DNA from: a virus
Lineage: Duplodnaviria > Caudoviricetes
Length of the DNA: 59,263 nucleotides
Virus record (IMG/VR): IMGVR_UViG_3300037096_000007
Location: 1-59,263 of that record
Direction: 5' to 3' (one strand)
A program made the translations under genes and the position numbers. Positions 46,734 to 55,825 of this stretch are shown in pieces; the stretch's first letter is position 1, and every line of letters starts with the position of its first letter. The notes beneath the pieces are model-generated. The model worked only from the letters and a program-made list of their open reading frames with translations, made no database searches and was not told the origin of the DNA.

Positions 46734-47174
46734 ACCATTATTGATGGGTCACTACGGAGAAATCGTATGTCCAGAGATACTGCGGCACGTCGGGAAGCAA
46801 AGCGCAAAGCAGTAGTTGCTCGGCTGAAAGAGGCCACAGCTTCTCTCGATCTTCTTTCGGGCATGTGGGAAGAAAAAACTCTCGACACGCTGATCCTGGC
46901 TTTCGGGATCGGCCATGTCGAACTTGATCCAGACTGTTGATGGGAGAGGGAACAGAAATCATGGCATCACGCAGAACTCTATTTTCGGTGATCGAAGTCA
47001 TCAGCAACGACGGCGAGAAATCGTTTGAGGTTGAGTGGCATCCAGAAATGTATCCATTTTTGGATGAAGCTTACGCCAACGGACAAATGACTGATCGCCT
47101 CATCGAATTGGCGGAAGAATTGTTGCAGCCAATCGAAGTTTGATACCAGTCTTGATGAATTAGGAAACAGGAAA

Positions 47175-47366
47175 ATGAAGGCAATTTATTTCGACGCAAA
47201 GACTGGCACCGAGATACCTGCGCACTCCGTTAGCGGGATTACCGGGTTTGTCTCGTGGCGGCGGTTGGCTGAAATCTTTCGCGCCGCACATGAGGTCAAG
47301 TCATTTGAGGATTTGGTGTCGTATCAAATTGATGATCGCGGCATCACGTTTCGCGTCGAAGTTTAA
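47175..47366 (+). CDS. Hypothetical protein
   Basis: AGGA RBS. Confidence 0.45.
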   Translation: MKAIYFDAKTGTEIPAHSVSGITGFVSWRRLAEIFRAAHEVKSFEDLVSYQIDDRGITFRVEV

Positions 47367-47394
47367 AGCTAATGCGCCATAAGGGGACAAAACG

Positions 47395-47583
47395 ATGGCA
47401 GCAACAGCATACGATATGGGCCGAAGCGATTACATGCTTGGCAAGAGCATGTCGGATAATCGTTTCAAGGCTGCTCACCCTGCTTACAGAATGTGGGAAC
47501 GCGGCTGGGTTGATGCTGTGCGCGCTGATCCTCTGATTGACGCCGACGAGCGCGCTGCGTTGCTTGGCGAGGAAATATCCTGA
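47395..47583 (+). CDS. Small protein with AYxxGxxD...WxRGW motif
   Basis: GGGG RBS. Confidence 0.45.
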   Translation: MAATAYDMGRSDYMLGKSMSDNRFKAAHPAYRMWERGWVDAVRADPLIDADERAALLGEEIS

Positions 47584-47737
47584 AATGGCCCGAGCGCAGA
47601 ATGCACCAAACGGAGCTTACGTCATGGACGCCGTTCAAGTCGGCGCGATTTGCTGGGACTGGCAATGGCGGAAAGGTAACGAATGGAAGCCGTGCGATAC
47701 GGCTAGGGCTTTGCACCACTAACGCGGAGGGTTTGAA

Positions 47738-47944
47738 ATGATTGTTGGGAAAAGAAACAAGAGCGGCGAACTTCGGTTCGGCCAATGGGCAGGCAACCCA
47801 AAAGGAATAGCAGAACGCAAGACCGACTGTATTGCCGAGGTCCACGACAGCCCCTCGTTTCTGTTTTACCAATGCAGCCGCAAGCGCGGACACGGACCAA
47901 ACGGCGAATTTTGCAAGCAGCACGCTAAAAAGTTAGCGCGCTAA
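47738..47944 (+). CDS. Small Cys/His zinc-finger-like protein
   Basis: C..EV...QCSRK.GHGP.G.FCKQH; GGAGG RBS. Confidence 0.55.
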   Translation: MIVGKRNKSGELRFGQWAGNPKGIAERKTDCIAEVHDSPSFLFYQCSRKRGHGPNGEFCKQHAKKLAR

Positions 47945-47967
47945 CGCGGCGTTAGGAGACCAGAATC

Positions 47968-48222
47968 GTGAGCATCCGATCGCTTGAATATGCAAAAGCC
48001 CTCAAGGCGTCGGGATCGCAGCTCGGTCGTGAAGGACTGTCCAAACGCGTCCTTGCCATCGTTGCTGATTTCGACGGTTCTTACAAAGGAGCAATGGTTC
48101 TCGCTGGCAGGATGAAGGCAATAGCGCAAGCAGCAAAGAGCGACGGCTATTGGTCTGAAAAAGTTGATGACGGATTCCACAAGGAGCGCGTCGAGCTAAC
48201 CACTCGTCTCACACGGGGCTAG
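47968..48222 (+). CDS. Hypothetical protein
   Basis: AGGAG RBS. Confidence 0.45.
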   Translation: MSIRSLEYAKALKASGSQLGREGLSKRVLAIVADFDGSYKGAMVLAGRMKAIAQAAKSDGYWSEKVDDGFHKERVELTTRLTRG

Positions 48223-48380
48223 CTGGAGGACTTATGGCGGCGTTTCAGCTCTTTCTCGATAGCCAGCCGGATCAAGTCCAGCCGGGTTTCATCCTTGTGC
48301 AGCGCGTCATCCAACGCCTCAATCATCTCCGTCGAGATCGGGAGGGTAATGCGTTCGTCCCAAAGTTTTTTTCGTCCCAT
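48219..48380 (-). CDS. Ribbon-helix-helix (CopG/Arc-like) repressor, 53 aa
   Basis: Not in the ORF track; MGRKKLWDERITLPISTEMIEALDDALHKDETRLDLIRLAIEKELKRR. Confidence 0.7.
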   Translation of the reverse strand: MGRKKLWDERITLPISTEMIEALDDALHKDETRLDLIRLAIEKELKRRHKSSS

Positions 48381-48389
48381 GGCTCTTTT

Positions 48390-48437
48390 TTCATACATAC
48401 GTTATTGACGGCCACCCGAATATAGCGTATGTATGAA
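48390..48437. promoter_or_regulatory. Inverted repeat TTCATACATACG...CGTATGTATGAA enclosing a TTGACG -35 element
   Basis: 12-bp arms at 48390-48401 and 48426-48437, next to the RHH gene start. Confidence 0.6.
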
Positions 48438-48609
48438 ATACAAGCAAGGGAGATGGACATGGACACGGTTTACCGGCAGCGCGCGAATGGACGTTATGAG
48501 TATTGGACCTATAGCGACGGGCGCCGCTACGCCATTTCAGAAAAGACAGCCATGTCTTGGCTTCAAAAGCGCACCGCAAAAATCGTCTACGTCAAATAAG
48601 GAGGTTGGC

Positions 48610-48840
48610 ATGAAAACTCTCAAGGTCACACTCGAAATCCAGGTCGATGAATGGGAGCCAGCTTTTGAGGAGGACGAGATCGAAGGCGAGGAAGTCCTGG
48701 ACGATTACGAGGCTCGCGACGTTGCGGGCGTCCTAAGCGGACTGAATGAACATACGAGCATCGAGCTATTCGCCGGGAGCGAAATCAACGCCACGTTCAA
48801 AGAGTGCCGCGTACTCGATGCGACGTGGGTCGAGAAATAG
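48610..48840 (+). CDS. Small acidic protein
   Basis: AAGGAGG RBS; EEDEIEGEE. Confidence 0.55.
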   Translation: MKTLKVTLEIQVDEWEPAFEEDEIEGEEVLDDYEARDVAGVLSGLNEHTSIELFAGSEINATFKECRVLDATWVEK

Positions 48841-49447
48841 TCCGCGTTCATGGGGAGAGACTGACGTGACTGATACTTATTTGATCTGCAAAGGCGCGGG
48901 CTATTTCTTTAGCTCACAGACGCCTCGCCGGATCAGCGGCAACGTCATGTGCTGGTATTCGTGGTTCACCTGTCCGCAATGTTCCGGCATCGGAACGGTT
49001 CGGACGTACTCGCCGCCGACGATCAAACTGAGAATGGCTGCACCGAAACCCAAATCGCCCCACTAAACAGGAGAAAGTTCGAGGATCATGGCAAAGCCCC
49101 AACGTAACTTCTTCTGGAAGTGGCCGCGCGATGGCATGGCGTGGTTCATGTGGGCGCGTCAGAATTACGGCTCACGCTGGATCATATGGCGCTGTGGCCC
49201 GATCAATTATTGGGTCGAGATAGCGGAGCCGGGCGAGTGTTCGTAACCGCCGTCAGCAAGGGAACGGAAGCATGAGCAAACGGACGTTTCACAAACTCGC
49301 GCGCCTGATCTTCGATGCGCAGTGGGCTGTAGCTGGGCACAAATACTCTACGCGCCGCGCGTCGGATTTGCGCTCGCGCGATGCTCGCCGCGCCGCCGAG
49401 TTTGTGCTTGTCAAATTTGAGGTCAAAGAGAAACCGGCGGTTTCGTC

Positions 49448-49675
49448 ATGAAAGAGCGAGATGGTTCTATCGATGCATCTAACGAAATATTCTCGATTCT
49501 TCGGAACCTGCCGTCACCCCGCGACGCCGGCAGAGCTTTGGCAGGAGCGCACGTTTTGTTGATGGAGGCCGATAAAGCGGAGAATGAAGCCGGAGTTCGC
49601 GCTCGTTTAAAGGATCACAATGAAGCCGTGCTTGATACATGGGCCGCGCGCTCTGGCGTCAAGCTCGCTTCCTAA
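49448..49675 (+). CDS. Hypothetical protein
   Basis: ORF track. Confidence 0.45.
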   Translation: MKERDGSIDASNEIFSILRNLPSPRDAGRALAGAHVLLMEADKAENEAGVRARLKDHNEAVLDTWAARSGVKLAS

Positions 49676-49702
49676 CGTGTCGGCAAGGAACAGGAGGTCG
49701 GA

Positions 49703-50020
49703 ATGTTTGATTTTTATGCTCACCTGAGACGCCAGCGTGAGTGGTCAGAAAAGACCTTTGGTCCAGGTCCACGCGCGAAGGGCGTTGTCGATCATATCCG
49801 CAAGGAACTGACAGAGATCGAAGCAGCGCCGGAGGATTTATCCGAATGGATCGACGTTGTGATTTTGGCACTTGATGGCGCATGGCGCAGCGGTGCGACG
49901 CCCGGTCAGATCATAAACGCCTTGCTCGACAAGCAAGATAGAAACGAACAGCGCAAATGGCCCGACTGGCGAACTATGCCGCCTGATAAAGCCATCGAGC
50001 ATGATCGCAGTCATCAGTAG
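49703..50020 (+). CDS. DUF550 dATP/dGTP pyrophosphohydrolase (MazG-like)
   Basis: RQREWSEKTFGPG...GVVDHIRKEL.EI...DLSEWIDVVILALDGAWR..RKWPDW. Confidence 0.85.
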   Translation: MFDFYAHLRRQREWSEKTFGPGPRAKGVVDHIRKELTEIEAAPEDLSEWIDVVILALDGAWRSGATPGQIINALLDKQDRNEQRKWPDWRTMPPDKAIEHDRSHQ

Positions 50021-50034
50021 TAAAGGGACTTGTC

Positions 50035-50283
50035 ATGGCTACCTACGAACTCGGCAGATGCGAAAATTGCCGCAAGAAGCTTCATGACGGTGAGCGAGGG
50101 TTCCGGTACAGCGACGGCCCGATGGCCTGTGAAGCATGTTCGCCTACCTATGAGGAAGCCAAACGAGGATTTACCGAACAGGCGTTTGAGGAACCGGAGA
50201 GCTACCGAACTTTTTGCCAGAGGATGAACAATCATCTTCGATCTGGCGGTGCCATGTCCGAAAAATATACCGTCGTTTTATAG
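50035..50283 (+). CDS. Zinc-finger-like small protein
   Basis: CENC...CEAC. Confidence 0.5.
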   Translation: MATYELGRCENCRKKLHDGERGFRYSDGPMACEACSPTYEEAKRGFTEQAFEEPESYRTFCQRMNNHLRSGGAMSEKYTVVL

Positions 50284-50634
50284 ATCACGCTAACATTACA
50301 CAACGGAACGAACATGCCCTTCATCTATCTCTTGATCGTCGTTACTGCTGCCCAGCCAGCGTCTTGGACAATTCCAACCGCCTGGGGATCAATGGAGGCG
50401 TGCGAGGCGGCTAAGAAAGAGCGCGGCTTGGACAAGCTCGGCGGCATGTGCGTCGAAATCAAAACCGAGAATTGGCGCTGACTATGCCACATTACACGTT
50501 CACTTGCACAGGCACAGAATTGTTCGCGATGATCGTTTTAGTTTTCATCGCCGGTTCTGCGGTTGGCGCTATCATAGTGGGAGTCCACTGACCATGACTC
50601 CGCTGCGGGAAGATATAGATGAGGCACACTCACG

Positions 50635-50847
50635 ATGACTAACCGCGACGCAAATTGTGGCAATTGCCAATGGTTCAAGCCTGCGGAGGACAGATACCAT
50701 TCGGGCGGCTTCTGCAATTGGCGAGCGCCGATGAACATGCGCGGTCTGATGTGGGGCTTGAACAACAACAGGATTCCAGCGCCAAAAAAGGAATGGTGCA
50801 ATCAACATAGCCGCAGTGGCGGTGAGACAGGCGACAAAGATGCTTGA
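50635..50847 (+). CDS. Cys-rich small protein
   Basis: CGNCQWF...GFC...WCNQH. Confidence 0.5.
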   Translation: MTNRDANCGNCQWFKPAEDRYHSGGFCNWRAPMNMRGLMWGLNNNRIPAPKKEWCNQHSRSGGETGDKDA

Positions 50848-50937
50848 CCCTCACAAAGTCACCATCGCCATACTGTGCCTAGGCGCGGCCGTCGTGTTGC
50901 TGTTTGTGTTGCGTCTTACCTGAACACTGAGGCTAAA

Positions 50938-51147
50938 ATGACCGATACTATCTCGATGATCGACTATCTGGATATGAAGGCCAAGGCCGAGCGCCTGACC
51001 GCCGAGAACGAGAAGTTGCGGGCGACGGTCAAGGAAATGGCTGATCTGGCTGGACGCGACGGACCTCCTGATTCTATTAACGCCCTCAACGCGATCGAGG
51101 AAATAGGGCGTCAATCTATTAAAGCTTGTGAGCAACAAGGAAAATAA
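50938..51147 (+). CDS. Coiled-coil small protein
   Basis: ERLTAENEKLR. Confidence 0.45.
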   Translation: MTDTISMIDYLDMKAKAERLTAENEKLRATVKEMADLAGRDGPPDSINALNAIEEIGRQSIKACEQQGK

Positions 51148-51149
51148 AC

Positions 51150-51470
51150 ATGAGCGCGATGTTCGACTATATCTCTGGCGAAAAATCTGGACGCGAGGCT
51201 GAGCTTAAAGCGTCGCTTGAGCATACCGCCGGCCATCTTGGCGTTGAACTCGATGAAGCCGCCAAACTGCGCGCTTGGATCGAGCGCCTGACCGCAGAGA
51301 TCGAGGGCTGGAAGCACACAGCGTTGGCTATGCGCGACGCCGCTATCTTCTGGAAACAAGACGGCCGAGATCGAAGCGACGACATTCAAAACATATATTT
51401 TGACGCCGCGATGTTTGGTCGATGGTATGGCGTCTATCGTGGTACATGTGAGCAGAAAGGGAACGAGTGA
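51150..51470 (+). CDS. Coiled-coil hypothetical protein
   Basis: ERLTAEIE; AAGG RBS. Confidence 0.45.
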   Translation: MSAMFDYISGEKSGREAELKASLEHTAGHLGVELDEAAKLRAWIERLTAEIEGWKHTALAMRDAAIFWKQDGRDRSDDIQNIYFDAAMFGRWYGVYRGTCEQKGNE

Positions 51471-51642
51471 TGGTCGCATACATCGAGGTAGAGACTAAGA
51501 TGATATGGCGATGGCAACTCAGTCGCTATGTCAGAGAGGGATGGTCGATTGATCGGACTGACGCATGGTTACTCCGCGTCCGCGTCGAACGTTGTATCGG
51601 CTAAGCTTATAAGCGATTTGAGCAGTAAGCGTGAGACGAATA

Positions 51643-51840
51643 ATGACCCAACTTGATCCAGAGCAAGAAATTACCGTGAATGTGCTGAGCCAAATCAAAA
51701 CAACGTTGATGCTGCACGAAGAAGTTCCACCTCGCCTGCTTTACCGTGCGCTCGATTGGTCTATGCGTCGGATCATGACGCTGGAACAAACAGTCGATTT
51801 GGTGAAAGACGCACTCGAAAGACCCGTGGAAATCGGATGA
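51643..51840 (+). CDS. Hypothetical protein (repeat-bounded)
   Basis: ORF exactly between repeats. Confidence 0.5.
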   Translation: MTQLDPEQEITVNVLSQIKTTLMLHEEVPPRLLYRALDWSMRRIMTLEQTVDLVKDALERPVEIG

Positions 51841-51878
51841 GCTTATAAGCGATTTGAGCAGAAAGTGCGGAACAAATA

Positions 51879-52151
51879 ATGGCAGAAGATGTAGACACAG
51901 TTGATGCGGTAATGCGGGCCATGCCAGAGGCGTGGAGAACGCGATGGTGTGGCGGTGAGCGCGGACCATGCGGTTGTCTAGGCTGCGTTCAAATCGGCAA
52001 CAGGCTCATAATGACTGGACTGAAAGCCAGTCAGATCGATCCCGAACACATCGATGAGAGCAAAATCCCCGCCGAGGTATTCAAGATATACAAAGTTACG
52101 AAAGAGGAATGGGCTGAATGGATGGCCCGCAATACATTGTCGAGCTTATAA
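51879..52151 (+). CDS. Hypothetical protein (WC...CGCLGC motif; repeat-bounded)
   Basis: ORF exactly between repeats. Confidence 0.55.
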   Translation: MAEDVDTVDAVMRAMPEAWRTRWCGGERGPCGCLGCVQIGNRLIMTGLKASQIDPEHIDESKIPAEVFKIYKVTKEEWAEWMARNTLSSL

Positions 52152-52169
52152 GCGAATAGGGAACAAGCT

Positions 52170-52364
52170 GTGCAGGTTTTTGTCGTACAGAAAAAGCCTA
52201 AGCGACCCGGCGACGGTGAGCAGGTTTGGGTTTTCACCAAACACGCGGACGCCCTTCGCTGCCGCCAAGAGCAAAAGATTGATAGCCACGGCTTATGGGG
52301 TTGTGCGATTGATTGCTACGAGTTCAAAGAAAGCGGTACTCATGGACAACCGGAAACCGAATAA
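52170..52364 (+). CDS. Hypothetical protein (repeat-bounded)
   Basis: ORF between repeats. Confidence 0.45.
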   Translation: MQVFVVQKKPKRPGDGEQVWVFTKHADALRCRQEQKIDSHGLWGCAIDCYEFKESGTHGQPETE

Positions 52365-52788
52365 GCGAATAGCTCGGAGAAATTTAATGGATGTGAACAG
52401 CCCGGAAGCCGCTGAATGGACGGACCATATGAAGCGCCTGAGTGCTCAAGAGGCCGAGATTGTACGGCTTCGCGACGCCCTCGATCATGTCACGGAACTT
52501 CTGGTGAATTCGTGGGCCTTTGAAATGAAAGGCGACGCAGAGCATGAGGTTGCAGTAATTGACGCCAGAAAAGCTCTTGCTAATGGGTAAGAAACAAAAT
52601 GACCGGCAAGGAGGCTTTTGAACAGCTACAGAAAACGGTTCGCGACTACTTGAGCGAAATCGACAATCCTGTACCAGACGCAACCATGCGGCTGATACTT
52701 CGCGACAGGCTGCGTGCCCTCGTAGGTGCGCCGGATGATCCCCGATTAAAACGACCACACAGTTAGATGACAATCACGGAGAAGTCGC

Positions 52789-53100
52789 ATGGCTGGAATT
52801 GCTTGTCACCTGCTAGGTCTCTGGTGCTCTATTTATGTAACCGTCCCACAGCCCGTAGAATTGTTTAGACCGCCGCCGCAAGAAATCGTTGATTCATGCA
52901 AGGCTGACGGGCACTGCACATGGCTGACTGGCAACCTTGTGCCGCCGGGGTCAACGCCGCCCGATGCATATATGGATATGTGCCAGCACGTTGATCCAGT
53001 GACTGGAAAACCCGATGCGATTTGGCAGCCAACCGAGCGACTAAAAATCTTCTGGAATCAAAACATCATGAATAGCGGATGGTTTAAGACGTGCGAATGA
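52789..53100 (+). CDS. Hypothetical protein, last gene of the rightward arm
   Basis: GGAG RBS. Confidence 0.45.
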   Translation: MAGIACHLLGLWCSIYVTVPQPVELFRPPPQEIVDSCKADGHCTWLTGNLVPPGSTPPDAYMDMCQHVDPVTGKPDAIWQPTERLKIFWNQNIMNSGWFKTCE

Positions 53101-53129
53101 AATCCCGTATTTGCAAGAGATGAGCGCGC

Positions 53130-53744
53130 CTAAAGCCGCGCCCATTTGCCGCCGCCGTTCGGGTTCACAACGGTATAGCCACGCAGCGAAACTTCGTGCA
53201 GCCGCGTAGCATGTCGGCCCGAGTTGGCATCGTATGCCATGACGTTGCCATTGCCGAGATTTTCAGTAATGACAAAAACGTGGTGGCGGCGTACAGCGGC
53301 CATTCCCGGTCCCGGTGCCGCTGGCGGAAAGCGAAACCACTCGCTTGCCAACCATAGCGACCTGTCGTGCAGCCCGAGATAGGCGGCGGCGGCGCAGCCG
53401 CAGAAAGCCGTTCGTGGGCATCCCGCAGGGTGCGGTAGGACTTGCTCGATGCCCTCCACAAACCGCCCCACGACCCGCTGTACGGGGTTGTGGTAGGGCT
53501 GCATAGGCCATCCGTGGGGCGGTACGTCAACCAGGTTAGGCCAGCCAGTGCCATCCCTATCGCGTTTGGAGGCCTCTGCGCGTTCAAGCATGACGGCTAG
53601 GCCCATACCGAGGCCTTCGACGACCGGGTTTATGCGGTGTTGGGCGTAATGGTGCCGATAATGATGGTGATGGTGCCTTGGATGGGCTGAGGCAGGAGAG
53701 AGAAAGAGCGCAAGAATTATCGCCGTGAAGGTTGCCGACTTCAT
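53130..53744 (-). CDS. Secreted His-rich protein with CHAP/NlpC-P60-like Cys-His domain
   Basis: MKSATFTAIILALFLSPASA|HPRHHHHH; GCP..FCGC, LASEW..FP..P.PGMAAVRRHHV, DANSG. Confidence 0.65.
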   Translation of the reverse strand: MKSATFTAIILALFLSPASAHPRHHHHHYRHHYAQHRINPVVEGLGMGLAVMLERAEASKRDRDGTGWPNLVDVPPHGWPMQPYHNPVQRVVGRFVEGIEQVLPHPAGCPRTAFCGCAAAAYLGLHDRSLWLASEWFRFPPAAPGPGMAAVRRHHVFVITENLGNGNVMAYDANSGRHATRLHEVSLRGYTVVNPNGGGKWARL

Positions 53745-53787
53745 GGTTTTTTACCCTGTGCTGTTGGGAATGTTTTAGACTAGCCGC

Positions 53788-53946
53788 TTAAAACCGACCG
53801 AGCAAGACCAAAATAAGGACCACAACGAGGATGAGGCCCAATCCCCCGCCGCCATACATGCCCGTGCCGTAAAATCTGCCACCTCCAATCCCGCTAAAGC
53901 CGCCCAAAAGCAGGATTACCAGCACGATCAAGAGAACTATACCCAT
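53788..53946 (-). CDS. DUF3309-like small membrane protein
   Basis: Not in the ORF track; MGIVLLIVLVILLLGG...GGGLGLILVVVLILVLLGRF. Confidence 0.7.
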   Translation of the reverse strand: MGIVLLIVLVILLLGGFSGIGGGRFYGTGMYGGGGLGLILVVVLILVLLGRF

Positions 53947-53959
53947 TGGCTTGTTCCTT

Positions 53960-54322
53960 TCAGTGAATGAGGGTCGAGAAATGAGACAATGCCCAACCAG
54001 CCAAAGCTACCGCACCGCCAGCCAGCAAATAGACACCCTTGCCGAGAATGCTTGCGGCGGTCTTTGCGCCCATCGCCTGATTCTTTGAGTTGACCCAATC
54101 TGTCACGGCGGGTTTCATTTCGGCAATATCTTTAACTGCGGTTGTCACTTGATGTGTTAGTGACTGCACTTCGCGACCGATGACCTTCACTTCGTCATAA
54201 ACATATTTTCGACTATCGGCGGCGCGGCGATCCTGTTCAAGCCAGTTTTCCTTGAATGACTTAATTTCAGCGGCGAGGCCTCCGACTAGAAGGGTAATAT
54301 CGCGTTGCTGCTTCTCGTCCAT
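53960..54322 (-). CDS. Coiled-coil protein with C-terminal TM helix (holin/lysis-associated candidate)
   Basis: Topology and position in the lysis region. Confidence 0.5.
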   Translation of the reverse strand: MDEKQQRDITLLVGGLAAEIKSFKENWLEQDRRAADSRKYVYDEVKVIGREVQSLTHQVTTAVKDIAEMKPAVTDWVNSKNQAMGAKTAASILGKGVYLLAGGAVALAGWALSHFSTLIH

Positions 54323-54381
54323 TCCAATTTGCCTATTCTTTCGCCTGTTTAGGTCTCAAAGATATTGTTTCGGCAAGTCTA

Positions 54382-54873
54382 TCATGGCGGAGGCTTCCGC
54401 ACACCGGCATTGTTGTCGATAATGATGAGAGCTGCGGCAATCTGCCGATTAATGTCTGCGATCTGCGCTTGCGTCTGGTCGATTTGTTTGCCAACTGCCG
54501 AAATGACAGCCTGGAATGTTTTGTCCTCGACAGGATCATGAGCGAGCCTGGCGATGAGAACTGCTTGCTGCGTTTCGACAATGGTAAGCCGCGCTCTCAA
54601 GCTGTCGAGTTGCTCCAGAGTACCTGTCAAATAGGCTTTATGCTCATCCTTAGTGAGATACTTATCGAGCGATTCATATAGATGCTGAGTGGTGGCCTTG
54701 GTGACGTTGAAGTCGGTTGCTAATCGTTCACGATCAGCGGCTTCTATTTTTTCGACATTATTAAACTGCGTCTGAAAGATCGTCCATTGTGCAGCCCACA
54801 TCATACCGACGACGCTAATGGCGCCTACAATGGTCATCCATGAGATTTGCGGTTCGGCTTTGCCGTTAGCCAC
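54382..54873 (-). CDS. N-terminal TM plus coiled-coil protein (i-spanin-like topology)
   Basis: One TM helix followed by a long helical domain. Confidence 0.45.
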   Translation of the reverse strand: MANGKAEPQISWMTIVGAISVVGMMWAAQWTIFQTQFNNVEKIEAADRERLATDFNVTKATTQHLYESLDKYLTKDEHKAYLTGTLEQLDSLRARLTIVETQQAVLIARLAHDPVEDKTFQAVISAVGKQIDQTQAQIADINRQIAAALIIIDNNAGVRKPPP

Positions 54874-54881
54874 GGCGCCAG

Positions 54882-55217
54882 CTACCCTCTATAATCAGGG
54901 TTTGGAATGGCCATAATGCCGCCATCCGGCCCATAACCGCTGATCGTTGGCGGTTGATTGGCGAAGTAGTAATCCGCCGCTTGAGCGGCGGCGGTTGTCG
55001 AGCCGCTCTTATTCAAAACCGCCGCGAACGCGGACAATGCCGGATGGGCTTGCGCTAAAAGCCCTATTGCGTCCTCGCCGAGCGGCAAAACCGTTTCGGC
55101 GAGGCTGATCCATTCTGCAATGGATAGCCCCGCCAAGATCGCCCGAGAGATTGTCCGCCAGCTAAGGCGATGACAAGGGCGATCAGCGGCATTAGAGAAC
55201 CGAAGTCTGCGCAGCAA
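54882..55217 (-). CDS. Hypothetical lysis-region protein (start probably downstream of the annotated one)
   Basis: ORF track. Confidence 0.45.
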   Translation of the reverse strand: MLRRLRFSNAADRPCHRLSWRTISRAILAGLSIAEWISLAETVLPLGEDAIGLLAQAHPALSAFAAVLNKSGSTTAAAQAADYYFANQPPTISGYGPDGGIMAIPNPDYRG

Positions 55218-55530
55218 CCATCGCTTCGATTTGCGAGATAAGTTGAGAGACTTGCAGGGGATCGGTCGCCACTTTGAGTTCCTGCAATTGAGGCAGAACG
55301 CTGGTCGGCAGGCCGGGGATGCTTTCGATCTTGATGATGATTTCCGGTGCCGCAGCGGCGTAAGCCGGAATGTTGTTCAAGAGCGCGCCAAGCTGAGTAA
55401 GCTGAGCGGTGACTTGCGCGCTGACCGAGTTGAATGCCGAAACGGAGCTTAGAACGCTTGTAAGCTGCGTCCCGGTTACGCCGGAGTTGGTGAGAGCGGT
55501 AAGAATCGAACCGAAGTTGAAGCTTGCCAT
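55192..55530 (-). CDS. Hypothetical lysis-region protein
   Basis: AAGGA RBS; MASFNFGSILTAL. Confidence 0.5.
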   Translation of the reverse strand: MASFNFGSILTALTNSGVTGTQLTSVLSSVSAFNSVSAQVTAQLTQLGALLNNIPAYAAAAPEIIIKIESIPGLPTSVLPQLQELKVATDPLQVSQLISQIEAMVAAQTSVL

Positions 55531-55618
55531 ATCAGGGGGTGTCCTTGGTTGAGGGTTGAAGATGTTAGGGCGGCTAGGGAACGGTGGTCGATTGAAAAGA
55601 GGCAGCATCGGGGCGTCC

Positions 55619-55819
55619 TTATTTCTGAGCGACCGCAGAAGGAGCGGCCTTTGCACGTACTTGTGCAGCCGCAGTCAGAATGTCACCCACAATCAGCGTA
55701 ATATCGGCGTCTGGAACCTCTGCGGCTTCCCAACCGAGAAGCGCAGCAATTCTCGTTTTCGCCGCATTAAATCCTGCGGTTGCTTCGCTTGGTGAATAGA
55801 GCGGAGTTGTCATTTTCAA
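55619..55819 (-). CDS. Hypothetical protein
   Basis: AAGGAG RBS. Confidence 0.5.
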   Translation of the reverse strand: MKMTTPLYSPSEATAGFNAAKTRIAALLGWEAAEVPDADITLIVGDILTAAAQVRAKAAPSAVAQK

Positions 55820-55825
55820 TCTCCT

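Larger units (their letters stand above)
51604..52372 (+). repeat. Gene-junction repeats built on the palindrome GCTTATAAGC
   Basis: AGCTTATAAGCGATTTGAGCAG at 51604 and 51840; AGCTTATAAGCGAATAG at 52143; ATAAGCGAATAG at 52361. Confidence 0.8.

Noticed and set aside
49703-50020. 2-aminoadenine (Z) genome pathway
   Set aside because: No purZ, datZ or phage DNA polymerase found
51604-52372. CRISPR array or integron attC array
   Set aside because: Spacing of 220-300 bp containing ORFs, degenerate repeats, no cas or intI gene, no RYYYAAC…GTTRRRY structure
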